A stretch of DNA of 64,000 nucleotides from Candidatus Kryptoniota bacterium (GCA_024641705.1 JAHECO010000001.1:195897-259896), one strand, 5' to 3'. Counted from the stretch's first letter, positions 42,662 to 52,302 are shown. Notes: generated from the letters alone by a model not told the origin. Translations and numbers: made by a program.

Positions 42662-45148
42662 CTATCTCCCTCTTCTTCTCCCCCTGTTCCGTTTTCCCTT
42701 CTTCCGTTCTCCTTTTTCTCCCGCCATCTCCTTCAAGCGCTTCTCTACAAGATAGAAAACAGAATCCTTCTCGTATTTACCCTTGGCGTCCTGTTTCCCG
42801 GCAGTCCTGCCTGTTAAGATCTCGATCCCTTCCTCGATCTTCGCGACAGGGTAGATGTGAAACTTCTTTTCCTTCACCGCCTCTACGACTTCATCGCGAA
42901 GTACCAGGTCATTCACGTTGCGTGTCGGGATCATCACCCCCTGGTCGCCGGTAAGGCCTTTTGACTTGCAAACCTGGAAGAACCCTTCGATCTTCTGGTT
43001 CACCCCGCCGATTGGCTGCACGTCGCCTTTCTGGTTCACGCTCCCGGTTACCGCGATGCCCTGTTTGATCGGCAGGTTGCTGAGGCTCGACAGTATGGCG
43101 TAGAGCTCCGTCGATGACGCGCTGTCCCCGTCGACACCGCTGTAAGATTGTTCGAACGCGATACTCGCGGAGAGCGAAAGCGGTTTCTCCTTAGCGAATT
43201 TCTCCCGCATGTATCCCGCGAGCGTCATCACGCCTTTGTTGTGTATCTTTCCCGACATGTTCGCTTCGCGTTCTATGCTCGTGATGTCGGCCTTGCCGGC
43301 GCCTACGGCCGCAGTTATCCTCGTCGGCCGCCCGAATGAATAGTAACCGATGTTGTAAACGGACAGTCCGTTCACCTGCCCGACCCGCTCGCCGCTCGTG
43401 TCTATCATCAGCACGTCCTCCTCGATCATTTCCTGCACCTTGTCCTCGTACAGGTTATTCCTCTCGATGAGGGAATCTATGCTCTTGAGGACATCCTCAC
43501 GGTTGACAAGCTTGTGACTGTTCTTGCTCGCCCAGAAGCTCGCCTCGCGGAGAAGGTCCGCGATGTCGCTGAACCTTGTCCAGAGCTTGTCCTGTCTCCC
43601 GGCCCGGCGAGCGGCGTATTCTATGACGGCCGCGACTCCGGACTTGTCGAAGTGCATCAGGTTCTCGACCTTGCAGATTCGGGCTACGAACCTGGCGTAC
43701 TCTTCGATCTTCCGTTCGTCGCGCTTGGCCTCCCGGTCGAAATCGGCCTTGACCTTGAATATCTTCTTGAAGTCCTCCTCGGCGTCATAGAGAATATCGT
43801 AGATATATGGATCGCCGATCAGGATGACTTTCACATTTATGTCGATCGGCGCGGGCTTAAGGGCGATCGAGCTGATCTGGAAGAACGTGTCGAGAGGCTG
43901 AATCTCCAGCTTTCTGTAAATGAGCGTTCGCTTGAGCGCTTTCCAGACGCCGGGCTCCGTCAGCGCGTCGAGCGCGTTCACGACGAGGTATCCGCCGTCG
44001 GCCCTGAGCAGTGCGCCCCCCTTTATCTTTGTGTGATCAGTCTGGAAAAATCCGCGCGGGTCGACGGTCCGCTCGATCGTGCCGAACAGGTTCGTGTACG
44101 TCGGGGTTGTCTCTATCACGACCGGGCACGGCTCCTTGTCCGTGTTGTCCTGTATTACGTTGACGCGGTACACGATGAAAGGGTCGATGTCCGTCTTCGA
44201 GGACGGAGACATCGTAATCCCGGAATCCTGTTCATCGCCCTTCTTAAAAATCTGGATATTGTCGAGCGTGTACTCCCTGACCGATGCGAGGTAATCGAGC
44301 GCCTTCGCGTTGCCCTTGTACCGGCTCGCAAGCTCTTCGAATATCAGGTCGATGACGCTCGAGACCGCCTGCCTTTCCATGTCCTCGACCTTCTTCATCA
44401 TCTCGTTCGCGAGGGCGGAGCCTTTTCTCGCTACTGACGTGAATTCCTTCCTCAACTCCTGCAGCTTCTGCTCGGCGTCGGAATATTCTTTCGAGGTTAT
44501 CTTGCCTTCGCTCGCCATCTGCTCGAGCTCTTCGATGGGGATCGGCTTCCCCTGAAAGAGTGGAAAGACCTGCGGCTGTGTAATGGGCCCGACCTGGACC
44601 GGGATCAGCGCGAAGCCCTGGCTTTCGATCTTCTTCTGGAACTCCATGAGGAGCGCCTTCTCCCGCTTCTCGTACGATTCTACGATTTTCCCCCGCGCGT
44701 CCGTGTAGGCTTCGCCGGTGAGAATCTCCGGGATCTTTCGCCTCAGGTAACGGACCGTGGCCTCCAGGTCCTCTTTGAATTTACCACCGTGTCCGCGCTC
44801 GAGCTCGAGAAGGCGCGGATTGTCCGGCTCCTTGATGTTGTAGAGGTAGCACCTGTCGGGCGAGGGGATACACTCGACGTGGATCTCCTCGAGCAGCCGC
44901 TTGATCGTGGTCAGCCTTCCGGTCCCGGCGAGGCCGCTTACGAAAACGTTGTACCCCGGGCTCTTGATCTCGACGCCGAACTGCAGCGCCTTCACCGCGC
45001 GTTCCTGTCCGATAATGGAATCGATCGGCTGGAGCTCTGCGGTGGAATCGAATTTCAGTTCGCCCTCCGGGCAGCGCCAGGTGAGCTGCTCCGGCGTCAG
45101 TTCGCGTACACGAGTAGTTCCTGCGGAAGTCTTCTTCTGAGTTTTCAA
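42662..45148 (-). CDS. LonC-type Lon-like protease (AAA_32-like N-domain + S16 protease domain)
   Basis: GQERAVKAL..G......YNVFVSGLAGTGRLT. The protease domain has VDGDSASSTELYAILS (catalytic Ser) and IGGVNQKIEGF (Lys). Overall collinear with my memory of Meiothermus LonC. Confidence 0.85.
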   Translation of the reverse strand: MKTQKKTSAGTTRVRELTPEQLTWRCPEGELKFDSTAELQPIDSIIGQERAVKALQFGVEIKSPGYNVFVSGLAGTGRLTTIKRLLEEIHVECIPSPDRCYLYNIKEPDNPRLLELERGHGGKFKEDLEATVRYLRRKIPEILTGEAYTDARGKIVESYEKREKALLMEFQKKIESQGFALIPVQVGPITQPQVFPLFQGKPIPIEELEQMASEGKITSKEYSDAEQKLQELRKEFTSVARKGSALANEMMKKVEDMERQAVSSVIDLIFEELASRYKGNAKALDYLASVREYTLDNIQIFKKGDEQDSGITMSPSSKTDIDPFIVYRVNVIQDNTDKEPCPVVIETTPTYTNLFGTIERTVDPRGFFQTDHTKIKGGALLRADGGYLVVNALDALTEPGVWKALKRTLIYRKLEIQPLDTFFQISSIALKPAPIDINVKVILIGDPYIYDILYDAEEDFKKIFKVKADFDREAKRDERKIEEYARFVARICKVENLMHFDKSGVAAVIEYAARRAGRQDKLWTRFSDIADLLREASFWASKNSHKLVNREDVLKSIDSLIERNNLYEDKVQEMIEEDVLMIDTSGERVGQVNGLSVYNIGYYSFGRPTRITAAVGAGKADITSIEREANMSGKIHNKGVMTLAGYMREKFAKEKPLSLSASIAFEQSYSGVDGDSASSTELYAILSSLSNLPIKQGIAVTGSVNQKGDVQPIGGVNQKIEGFFQVCKSKGLTGDQGVMIPTRNVNDLVLRDEVVEAVKEKKFHIYPVAKIEEGIEILTGRTAGKQDAKGKYEKDSVFYLVEKRLKEMAGEKGERKKGKRNRGRRRGR

Positions 45149-45255
45149 GCTACGCCCTGCCTTTTTCCCAATTTATCGGTGAAATGGGTCAAAGACAATG
45201 ATCTTGTCCAAATCTGGCGGCACGGATCTCCGGGAAGCGAATTAAACCACGAGAG

Positions 45256-45323
45256 ACACAGAGACACGGAGAAAAAACCAGCATCATTCACTTTTCGATC
45301 TCTGTGCCTCAGTGTCTCTGTGT
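45256..45323. repeat. REP-like inverted repeat in the lon / ECF-sigma divergent region
   Basis: ACACAGAGACAC (45256-45267) is the exact reverse complement of GTGTCTCTGTGT (45312-45323); 44-nt spacer, then a TTTTTGTTT run. Confidence 0.4.
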
Positions 45324-45503
45324 TTTTGTTTATGAAAAGGGTGCGCAAACTTGAATATGATCTGAGAATGTACAAAGTTACCGGCAACTTTTGCCCGGTT
45401 GGCGGGTTATATCTGAGTCCGCGGCTGCCGCCGGTACAGGGTACTCCCGGCGCGAGGACCTGCGCTTTGAACGCACTGAACCTGGACCTGAAGAAGGAAA
45501 AGC

Positions 45504-46007
45504 GTGCTCGATCAGGAAACGAACGATTTCGAGGAAATCTATAACAGGCATAAGTCGGGGATATACCGCTACTGCTGCCGCATGCTGAACGATCCGGACG
45601 AGGCGAAGGACGTGGTTCAGGAAGTCTTCACGAGATATTTCGAAAGTCCGGCCAGGTTCGACGGAGAGGTGCCCGTCAAGGTCTGGCTCTTCAAGTCGGC
45701 AAGGAACAGGTGCCTGAATCTCATACGTGACAGACAAAAAGTGTCGAACATCGGAGACGATGCGGACCGGCTGCCGCAACCGGAATCCGGGGATCCGGAC
45801 GTGCACGATGCGTCTGCAGTCGTCGGAACTCTTCTTGAGAAGATGCCGGAGGATTACAGGGAGATTCTTATTCTCCGGGAATGGAACGCGATGAGCTATG
45901 ATGAAATTGCCCGGACACTCGATATCACCGTCCCGGCCGTGAAGTCGAAGCTGTTCAAGGCGAGAAAGCGGGCGACCGCTATTTACAGGAAACTGTATGG
46001 AGATTGA
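45504..46007 (+). CDS. ECF-type sigma-70 family factor
   Basis: Region 2 (A.DVVQEVF......P..F.G......WL...ARN.CLN.IRD) and region 4 (YREILILREW..MSYDEIA..L.IT..AVKS.L.KAR). GTG start. Confidence 0.85.
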   Translation: MLDQETNDFEEIYNRHKSGIYRYCCRMLNDPDEAKDVVQEVFTRYFESPARFDGEVPVKVWLFKSARNRCLNLIRDRQKVSNIGDDADRLPQPESGDPDVHDASAVVGTLLEKMPEDYREILILREWNAMSYDEIARTLDITVPAVKSKLFKARKRATAIYRKLYGD

Positions 46008-46461
46008 AAATATGAACTGTGATCATGTGCAGGAGAAATTGAGCGCCTTCCTTGACAGGGAGGAAGCCGCGGACGATTTCGACGGAGTGCTGACCCATCT
46101 GTACGGGTGCGAAAGCTGCCAGAGTTTTTTCGGGACCGCCGTGAAGATCCGTTCGCTTGCCGGCGACGACAGGACGACGTTCCCGGTCGAAGTCGACGAG
46201 CCGGTCCTGAAGAGCCTGAAGAAGGCTCGCAGTGCCAACCCGTTGAGCTACCGTCTGAGGCTGCCGGTCTATGTCGTGTCCGCTGCGGCGGTGGTGCTGC
46301 TCGCGGTTTCGTTCATGTTCGGGTTCATGATGCAGCAGGATATCTATCAGAAACGGATCGATGCAATAATGCAGGCTCCTCCCGCGCAGGTGGTATATGG
46401 AATGCCGGCGCAGCTGGTCTACCCCGCCGCGATCCGGGAAACGAAAGGAAATGTTCGATGA
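45997..46461 (+). CDS. Membrane-anchored ZAS (zf-HC2) anti-sigma factor
   Basis: C8-x25-H34-x3-C38-x2-C41 plus one TM helix (VYVVSAAAVVLLAVSFMFGFMM). Overlaps the sigma gene by 11 nt. Confidence 0.7.
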   Translation: MEIENMNCDHVQEKLSAFLDREEAADDFDGVLTHLYGCESCQSFFGTAVKIRSLAGDDRTTFPVEVDEPVLKSLKKARSANPLSYRLRLPVYVVSAAAVVLLAVSFMFGFMMQQDIYQKRIDAIMQAPPAQVVYGMPAQLVYPAAIRETKGNVR

Positions 46462-47159
46462 ATATCGTAAAGCAAGTGGTCCTGATATCTGCCGTCCTCT
46501 TCCTGTTGCCGCCTTTTGTCCGGGCACAGGATACGACTTCCGTAATGCTGGCGGTGCAGGACACGTCTAAGGCGCCGCCGGACTTTCTAAACGTCGATAC
46601 ACCGCCGCAGATTATTTCGCAGGCGATCCCGGAATACCCCGAGGCGGCGAAGAAAGAGGGGATCGATGGAAGGGTTTACCTGAAACTGTGGGTGGGGAAA
46701 GACGGTCTGGTAAAGAAGGTCGTTCTTATGAAAAGCAGCAACGAAATATTCGACAAGCCTTCGATCGCCGCGGCGATGAAATACAAGTTCAGCCCCGCGA
46801 TTCTGAGGGATAGACCGGTTGATGTCTGGGTCGTGATTCCTTTCACTTTCAAGCTGAAGCCCGATATGCCCGGGGCGACTGTCAAAGATGCATCGGCCGC
46901 GATGAAGCAGTTTAAAGGTGAATCGGCGGAGGACGAGTTTACGAAGCTGTCTCAGAATTTCCAATCCTACCAGGAGATGATAAAGAAGTACGACGCTGCC
47001 ATGTACTTCCAAAGGATGAAGGATTACAAGAAGGCTGTGAAATCGTACCGGGAGTTCCTGAAGCAATCGAAGGAATTCCCTTATGCCCCGGAAGAGATGG
47101 TACGGTATGCTAAATTGATGATCCGGAAATATTCAAAGATCCGGGGAAGCGCGAACTAG
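46458..47159 (+). CDS. Secreted TonB C-terminal-domain protein with a TPR-like tail
   Basis: Signal peptide MNIVKQVVLISAVLFLLPPFVRAQ. TonB_C block PEYPE.A...GI.G.V.L...V...G.V..V.......IFD..A..A....KF.PA. ATGA overlap with the anti-sigma gene. Confidence 0.7.
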   Translation: MNIVKQVVLISAVLFLLPPFVRAQDTTSVMLAVQDTSKAPPDFLNVDTPPQIISQAIPEYPEAAKKEGIDGRVYLKLWVGKDGLVKKVVLMKSSNEIFDKPSIAAAMKYKFSPAILRDRPVDVWVVIPFTFKLKPDMPGATVKDASAAMKQFKGESAEDEFTKLSQNFQSYQEMIKKYDAAMYFQRMKDYKKAVKSYREFLKQSKEFPYAPEEMVRYAKLMIRKYSKIRGSAN

Positions 47160-47228
47160 AACGCGGCTGGATCGACTTCGTTTGCCTGATTCCAACGACG
47201 CACAGGGCCGCCTGAATAGGAACGAGCA

Positions 47229-49634
47229 ATGATTAAGAACTACCTGAAGCTTGCCTTTAGAATCCTCCTGAGGAATAAATCCTATTCGTTGATAACCATC
47301 GCGGGGCTGTCGGTCGGGCTGGCTCTGACTTTCATGATCACGCTCTATTCAGTTCATGAATTGAGTTACGACAAGTACAACAAGAAGCTCGACAGAATCT
47401 ACGTCCTCACGATGGATTTCTTTATCGGCGTAAGTCAACCGCGCTGTCCGTTCCCGGCCGGTCCGGCACTCAAGGAAGAATTCCCGGAAGTAAAGGAATA
47501 TGCCAGGTTTGAGCCGGTTAGGTGCGAGATTGGATTCAGAGACAAGACCTTCGATAAGGTCCGGTGTGTCTGTGCTGATTCGACCATATTCGACGTCCTG
47601 ACTCTCCCTATAATCTCGGGAAGCCTGGCGGATCTCTCCGCCGAAAGGAACTCTGCGGTCATCAGCCTCGGCCTGGCAAAGAGACTCTTCGGCAGCGATA
47701 ACCCGATCGGCAAAGTAATTACCGTCCACTACTGGGGACAACCCTACGATTTTGAGATAGCCGCGGTCATGGCGAATATACCGTCTACTTCTACTTTTAG
47801 AGCCGATTGTATTATGCCCCTGTTCCCGTTCGAGCAATCGGTTGTGAAGCGGTACAGGCCTGGCCCGGAGCCTGTCCTGGAGACATGGAGAATCGGAATC
47901 ATTCCGACGTACCTTCTCTTGTCGAATCGCAGTTCGGCGGACCAACTGGCCGCAAAACTGGCGGGTTTGTCGAAAGAGCACACGATGGTCAACGGCGGGA
48001 TTCCCTCGAGATTGCATATCCGCCCTCTGAAAGACATCTACTTCCATTCGTCGGATCTCGTGAACAGTCCCTTCCCTGAGGGAAATATTACGGACGTGCA
48101 TGTTTACTCGGCGATAGGGTTGTTGACTCTCCTGATCGCCTGCATAAACTTCATAATATTGAGTACCGGAAGAGGGACCGTTCGCACGAAGGAAGTCGGC
48201 GTAAGAAAAGTGGTGGGTGCGTCCAGGTTCGACCTTTCAAAACAGGTGATGATCGAGACGGTTACGCTCTCGCTCCTGTCATTGCCGGTTGCATTGTTAC
48301 TGTCCGAGACGTTCATGCCGTCATTCACGCGCTTCATCGGGGAGAACGCTGCTCCTGCCTATTATCATACCGTTCCCTCGATTCTCCTGTGTGTCGCCGT
48401 TACTCTGACTGCCGGTATTCTTTCCGGAAGCTATATCTCCTTCCATCTCTCCGGCTTCCGGCCGATCGATATCCTGAAAAACAAGTTCGCTGCCGGACAG
48501 ACCAAAGTTGCCTTCAGGAGAGTATTGATCGGAGTTCAGATGATGATATTCGTCGGGCTAATTTCAACTTCGATAACTGTCTACAGGCAGATGCGGTATG
48601 TTCACACCAAGGACATGGGCTTCGACACGAGGAATCTGGTGGTCTTCTCCGATTTCAGCGGGGGGCTCTCGGACCACGGCTTCGGAGACAGGTTTGAATC
48701 GTTCAAGGACGCGATACTTAGTCTGCCCGATGTCTCGGGAGTCGCGGGAGGAACATACATGCCCGGAACACTAGGCTACACGGTATCTGCCGTACCCGAG
48801 AAATCCGACCCGCGAAGATTCGTGAAGTACCAGATGTTCACCGTAAGCCGCGACTTTTTTGAAACGCTGGGGATGAAGATGGTGCGGGGAAAGACTTTTG
48901 CCGAGGCGACATCTGAGGAGGGTAAGAATGCGATCATTATCAATCAAACCGCAATGAGAGATCTTGGCATCAAGAATACTTCCGCGGAGCTGTTTCAAGG
49001 CCAAAGGATTTTGGGTGTGGTGAAGGATTTCAACATGCATTCACTCCATGAGCAGGTCGTTCCGACGGTTTTTGAAGGAGGGACGGGGTCTATGTACGAA
49101 ATAGCGATTAGGCTGAGGCATTCGAAGGGGGTCTCACAGACGCTGGCGACCGTTGAACATGACCTGGAAAAATTCGATGGAGGGAAGCGTGCCGATTTTC
49201 AATCCTTCACCGACAGAATAAATGATCTGTACGGCAGCGACTATAAATTTGCCGACATGATAGGGTCCTTTACGGCATTGGCTATCTTCGTCGCTTCTCT
49301 CGGCCTCTTCGGCATGTCTCAATTCGTAATTCAAAGACGAGTGAAGGAAATAGGGATAAGGAAAGTGCTCGGTGCTTCCGTGCCCGGCATCTTCTTGCTG
49401 GTGGTGAAAGAGTTCGTTGTGTCGCTGTTGATCTCAAGCGCCATCTCGCTGCCTGTCGCGGTCTATCTCTCGCGGGAGTGGCTCAGGGACTACGCCTATC
49501 ACGTAAACGCGGCGACGCCGGTCTCGGTCGGAATCACGATCCTGTCGGGATTGGTCGTTGTTGTTTTAGCGGTCGGCTACGTTGCGGTCAAGGCCGCGAC
49601 GGCGAACCCCGTGAACTCACTGAGATATGAATAA
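47229..49634 (+). CDS. MacB-like ABC transporter permease (two FtsX domains), no adjacent ATPase
   Basis: N-terminus NYLK.A.R.L.RNK.YS.I.I.GL.VG. Two FtsX-type blocks (R.KE.G.RKV.GAS). 801 aa. Confidence 0.85.
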   Translation: MIKNYLKLAFRILLRNKSYSLITIAGLSVGLALTFMITLYSVHELSYDKYNKKLDRIYVLTMDFFIGVSQPRCPFPAGPALKEEFPEVKEYARFEPVRCEIGFRDKTFDKVRCVCADSTIFDVLTLPIISGSLADLSAERNSAVISLGLAKRLFGSDNPIGKVITVHYWGQPYDFEIAAVMANIPSTSTFRADCIMPLFPFEQSVVKRYRPGPEPVLETWRIGIIPTYLLLSNRSSADQLAAKLAGLSKEHTMVNGGIPSRLHIRPLKDIYFHSSDLVNSPFPEGNITDVHVYSAIGLLTLLIACINFIILSTGRGTVRTKEVGVRKVVGASRFDLSKQVMIETVTLSLLSLPVALLLSETFMPSFTRFIGENAAPAYYHTVPSILLCVAVTLTAGILSGSYISFHLSGFRPIDILKNKFAAGQTKVAFRRVLIGVQMMIFVGLISTSITVYRQMRYVHTKDMGFDTRNLVVFSDFSGGLSDHGFGDRFESFKDAILSLPDVSGVAGGTYMPGTLGYTVSAVPEKSDPRRFVKYQMFTVSRDFFETLGMKMVRGKTFAEATSEEGKNAIIINQTAMRDLGIKNTSAELFQGQRILGVVKDFNMHSLHEQVVPTVFEGGTGSMYEIAIRLRHSKGVSQTLATVEHDLEKFDGGKRADFQSFTDRINDLYGSDYKFADMIGSFTALAIFVASLGLFGMSQFVIQRRVKEIGIRKVLGASVPGIFLLVVKEFVVSLLISSAISLPVAVYLSREWLRDYAYHVNAATPVSVGITILSGLVVVVLAVGYVAVKAATANPVNSLRYE

Positions 49635-49651
49635 CATGTCGGGAGGCTGAA

Positions 49652-50929
49652 ATGGTTGTCCTGTTTGTCATGGCGCTGATGACTTCGACGTGCTTCTCGA
49701 CACAGGTTGCCGATGTGGCCGAGGCGGACAGCGTTTCTCGTTTCAACCGGGCCGTGGAATGTCTCAAGTCGGGGGAATACCGAAAAGCATTGACTCTCTT
49801 CAACGGTTTGAACAGCCCCGATTCGGAGAGCGCGATCAGTTACTACCGGGGCATTTGCTTCTATCAGCTCGGCGACTACGGCGACGGGGTCGTGTCTTTG
49901 AGAAACTTGAATCCAGAAGACTCTCTGTATCCGCTCGCGTCATTCTACATGGCCGAGACCATGCTTGCCCTTCATAATCCGCAAGCCGCCAGAAAGTATC
50001 TCGAGAATTCTTTGGCGGGGGATTCGTCTTACGCTCCTGCCAGGCTCGAGTATATCAGGACGCTTTGCGCCATCGACAGCTTCCGGATTGCGGAACAGTT
50101 CGTTAAGGGGGCGGACAACGAGGACGAAGTGCTCACACTGGCACAGGGGCTCGTCGAGGCCAAGAAATATGAAGAGGCCTATCCATTTCTTGCGCTCGTC
50201 ACGGCGAGAGATTCGACGAACACGCTTGCCGGCCTTTTGCTTGGCGAAACATATTTTCAGAGTCAGAAGTACGCTTACGCCGAGAAGGTCTACTTCCGGA
50301 TGTTGTCCGCCTTCGGGGCGTCGCCGTTCGTCCTGCACAGGCTCACCCTTTGCTACGGCAATATGGATGGCCGTGAGAACCTCGAGAAAGCAATTAATCT
50401 GATGCACCGATACATGGCTGTTTCCCGCGACACTACCGGCGATGATCTCGGACGCATAGGGACCTGGTATTACCAGCTTGCGGATTACGACTCCGCTGAA
50501 TCCTATTTCCGGCTGGCGATCGCGAATGATTTCTCGGACCCGCAGGCGCGTCTCAATCTCGGCTTGGCCCTGATGCGACTCGGCAAATACGACGATGCCA
50601 TAAAGAGCATGTCGCTGGCGTATGCGCTGTCTAAGGGCAGCATGGGTTTCAGCCTTTCGATTCTCAAAAGCCTGGCTGCAGCCGAGTTGAGAGCCAAAGG
50701 GTATTCCCGGGCAATCCGGAACTACCGCCTGATTCTCGAAATAGATCCGGCCGACGGCGAGGCGGTCTATGGACTCGGGCTTGGCTACGACCAATCGGGA
50801 GACACTGCGAAAGCGGTGTACTGGTACAGGAAATTTGTTTCTATGGAGGCTTCACCGGCTGTGAACGAAGATTTCGTGAAGTACGCCAGACTGAGGCTCG
50901 AGAGTCTCGGTGTGAGGAAGAGGAATTAA
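49652..50929 (+). CDS. Exported TPR-repeat protein
   Basis: Signal-like N-terminus and repeated A..YY/A...Y...G.Y..A TPR pattern throughout. Confidence 0.7.
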   Translation: MVVLFVMALMTSTCFSTQVADVAEADSVSRFNRAVECLKSGEYRKALTLFNGLNSPDSESAISYYRGICFYQLGDYGDGVVSLRNLNPEDSLYPLASFYMAETMLALHNPQAARKYLENSLAGDSSYAPARLEYIRTLCAIDSFRIAEQFVKGADNEDEVLTLAQGLVEAKKYEEAYPFLALVTARDSTNTLAGLLLGETYFQSQKYAYAEKVYFRMLSAFGASPFVLHRLTLCYGNMDGRENLEKAINLMHRYMAVSRDTTGDDLGRIGTWYYQLADYDSAESYFRLAIANDFSDPQARLNLGLALMRLGKYDDAIKSMSLAYALSKGSMGFSLSILKSLAAAELRAKGYSRAIRNYRLILEIDPADGEAVYGLGLGYDQSGDTAKAVYWYRKFVSMEASPAVNEDFVKYARLRLESLGVRKRN

Positions 50930-51040
50930 TCCACCTGCTCGGCGGCTCGCCGTGTCGCACCAGGCTCCTGCGTGGTTATCCACACCGCCGGGCCCGGATG
51001 TTGGAAGGAATATGAGGCTGTTGTTTGAGGACATGGAGGA

Positions 51041-51364
51041 TTGACTATGAAGACTCTTATCGTACTGATGCTATTGCCTGTGTCAGCTGCCTTTGCCCGC
51101 AGTAATCCCGACACCCTAATGATGCAAGTTCCGGATCATTCTTTTCATAGGAACAAGCAGGAGTTGCAAAGATGGTGGCTATCTCGACCTCGCATCGACT
51201 CCGACGGCGTCGTGATTGATGGCGTGAAATACTTCATCCTGATAGTCAAGCCGGACCCCTCGATAGACTATAAAATGTTGAAGATTGTTTCCGACGGCCG
51301 CGGGGCGGGGACAATGCCGCGGAGGTTCTTCATTCCTCCGCTTCCTCATCTAGAGCCGCGGTGA
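51041..51364 (+). CDS. Hypothetical small secreted protein
   Basis: GGAGGA RBS and signal peptide MKTLIVLMLLPVSAAFA; no family recognised. Confidence 0.4.
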   Translation: MTMKTLIVLMLLPVSAAFARSNPDTLMMQVPDHSFHRNKQELQRWWLSRPRIDSDGVVIDGVKYFILIVKPDPSIDYKMLKIVSDGRGAGTMPRRFFIPPLPHLEPR

Positions 51365-51373
51365 TCAGGGCAT

Positions 51374-51413
51374 AAAAAAACGAAGCCTGCCGGAGGGGGT
51401 TGACAGGCTTCGT
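51374..51413 (-). terminator. Intrinsic terminator (reads as hairpin + U-run on the minus strand)
   Basis: ACGAAGCCTG (51380-51389) and CAGGCTTCGT (51404-51413) form a perfect 10-bp stem. The A7 run at 51374-51380 becomes a T-run after the hairpin on the minus strand. Confidence 0.6.
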
Positions 51414-51495
51414 ATCTGCTTTGTTACCTGGAGCTACTCAAGCTATGGGTTTAAGAGTTAACCTTTTTCTTTATTTTTCATTATCGAACTCATGT

Positions 51496-52302
51496 TCAGT
51501 CGTCGGGATGACCGTCGTGATTCATGTCGCGGCCGCCTCTGCCGTTGTGGAACGACAGCTGGATCGCCTGCTGGATCCTCTCCATGTTCTGGTATGACAT
51601 GTCCGTCGGGTCGAGCAAGGCGCCGGTTTCGGGGTCTATGAACCACGAACCCATGTTGAAGTTAAGAGCGATATTGAGCTGTGATGTCGCCGCGTTTACG
51701 GTGAAGTTACCCTTTATTTTGAATTCGAGTTCCTGGTTATCCTTCAATTCAAATGATGTCCAGACGCCGTTTTTCTCTATGGCTCCCCACACGACAACGC
51801 TGTAGTTGGTCACAGCGGAATCGCTCGACGTGGGGTTCATTTTGTTATTGAACCGGTAGCTGTCCTCGCCTTGTTCTCCGGGTTCCATGCGGTGGACTTT
51901 GAACTTGATTCCGGTATATGTGCCGGCAGGAATTACCTGGTTCGCAAAGTCGATTGCAGTCGTGTCATGAATATGGACAATGAACGGTCCCCTGAAAATG
52001 AGGCTTGAATCGCTGTTGTCCTCGCCGTTGTTGTTGGCGTTCGTGTCGACTTGCACGGTGTCGATGTTGGACTCGAATTTTATTCTATCGAAAACGACGA
52101 TCGCGCTGTCGATGCGTATTGAATCGGCCCCGTCTACGCTGCTTACCTTCCTCAAGCCCACGGCAGTACCGCCGTCGGTGAAGGCAACGGACATCGTAAC
52201 GCTGGAGGTGCCGGCGGGCGCCGATAGCGGATTCGTCGACTTAGAGCATCCAAACAGAAGCATGGATAAGATAGCCAGACCTACAGTCTTTCGCGCAAAC
52301 AT
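51496..52302 (-). CDS. Lipoprotein, possibly DUF4382-like
   Basis: Start at MFARKTVGLAILSMLLFGC (lipobox LFGC) preceded by AAGGAG. The VIPAGTYTGIKFKV block resembles DUF4382; the upstream ORF-track extension is discounted. Confidence 0.55.
   Translation of the reverse strand: MFARKTVGLAILSMLLFGCSKSTNPLSAPAGTSSVTMSVAFTDGGTAVGLRKVSSVDGADSIRIDSAIVVFDRIKFESNIDTVQVDTNANNNGEDNSDSSLIFRGPFIVHIHDTTAIDFANQVIPAGTYTGIKFKVHRMEPGEQGEDSYRFNNKMNPTSSDSAVTNYSVVVWGAIEKNGVWTSFELKDNQELEFKIKGNFTVNAATSQLNIALNFNMGSWFIDPETGALLDPTDMSYQNMERIQQAIQLSFHNGRGGRDMNHDGHPDD

Noticed and set aside
43514-44437. 307-aa + strand ORF inside the lon-like gene
   Set aside because: It is antisense to a well-supported protease gene and its product is low-complexity and Arg/Leu/Asp-rich. 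It is treated as a shadow ORF.
42662-45148. Lon-like gene as BrxL (BREX) or another defence-associated Lon
   Set aside because: No brx/pgl or other defence genes are nearby. Composition is host-like and the sequence is collinear with housekeeping LonC. It is kept only as a low-probability functional link in the findings.
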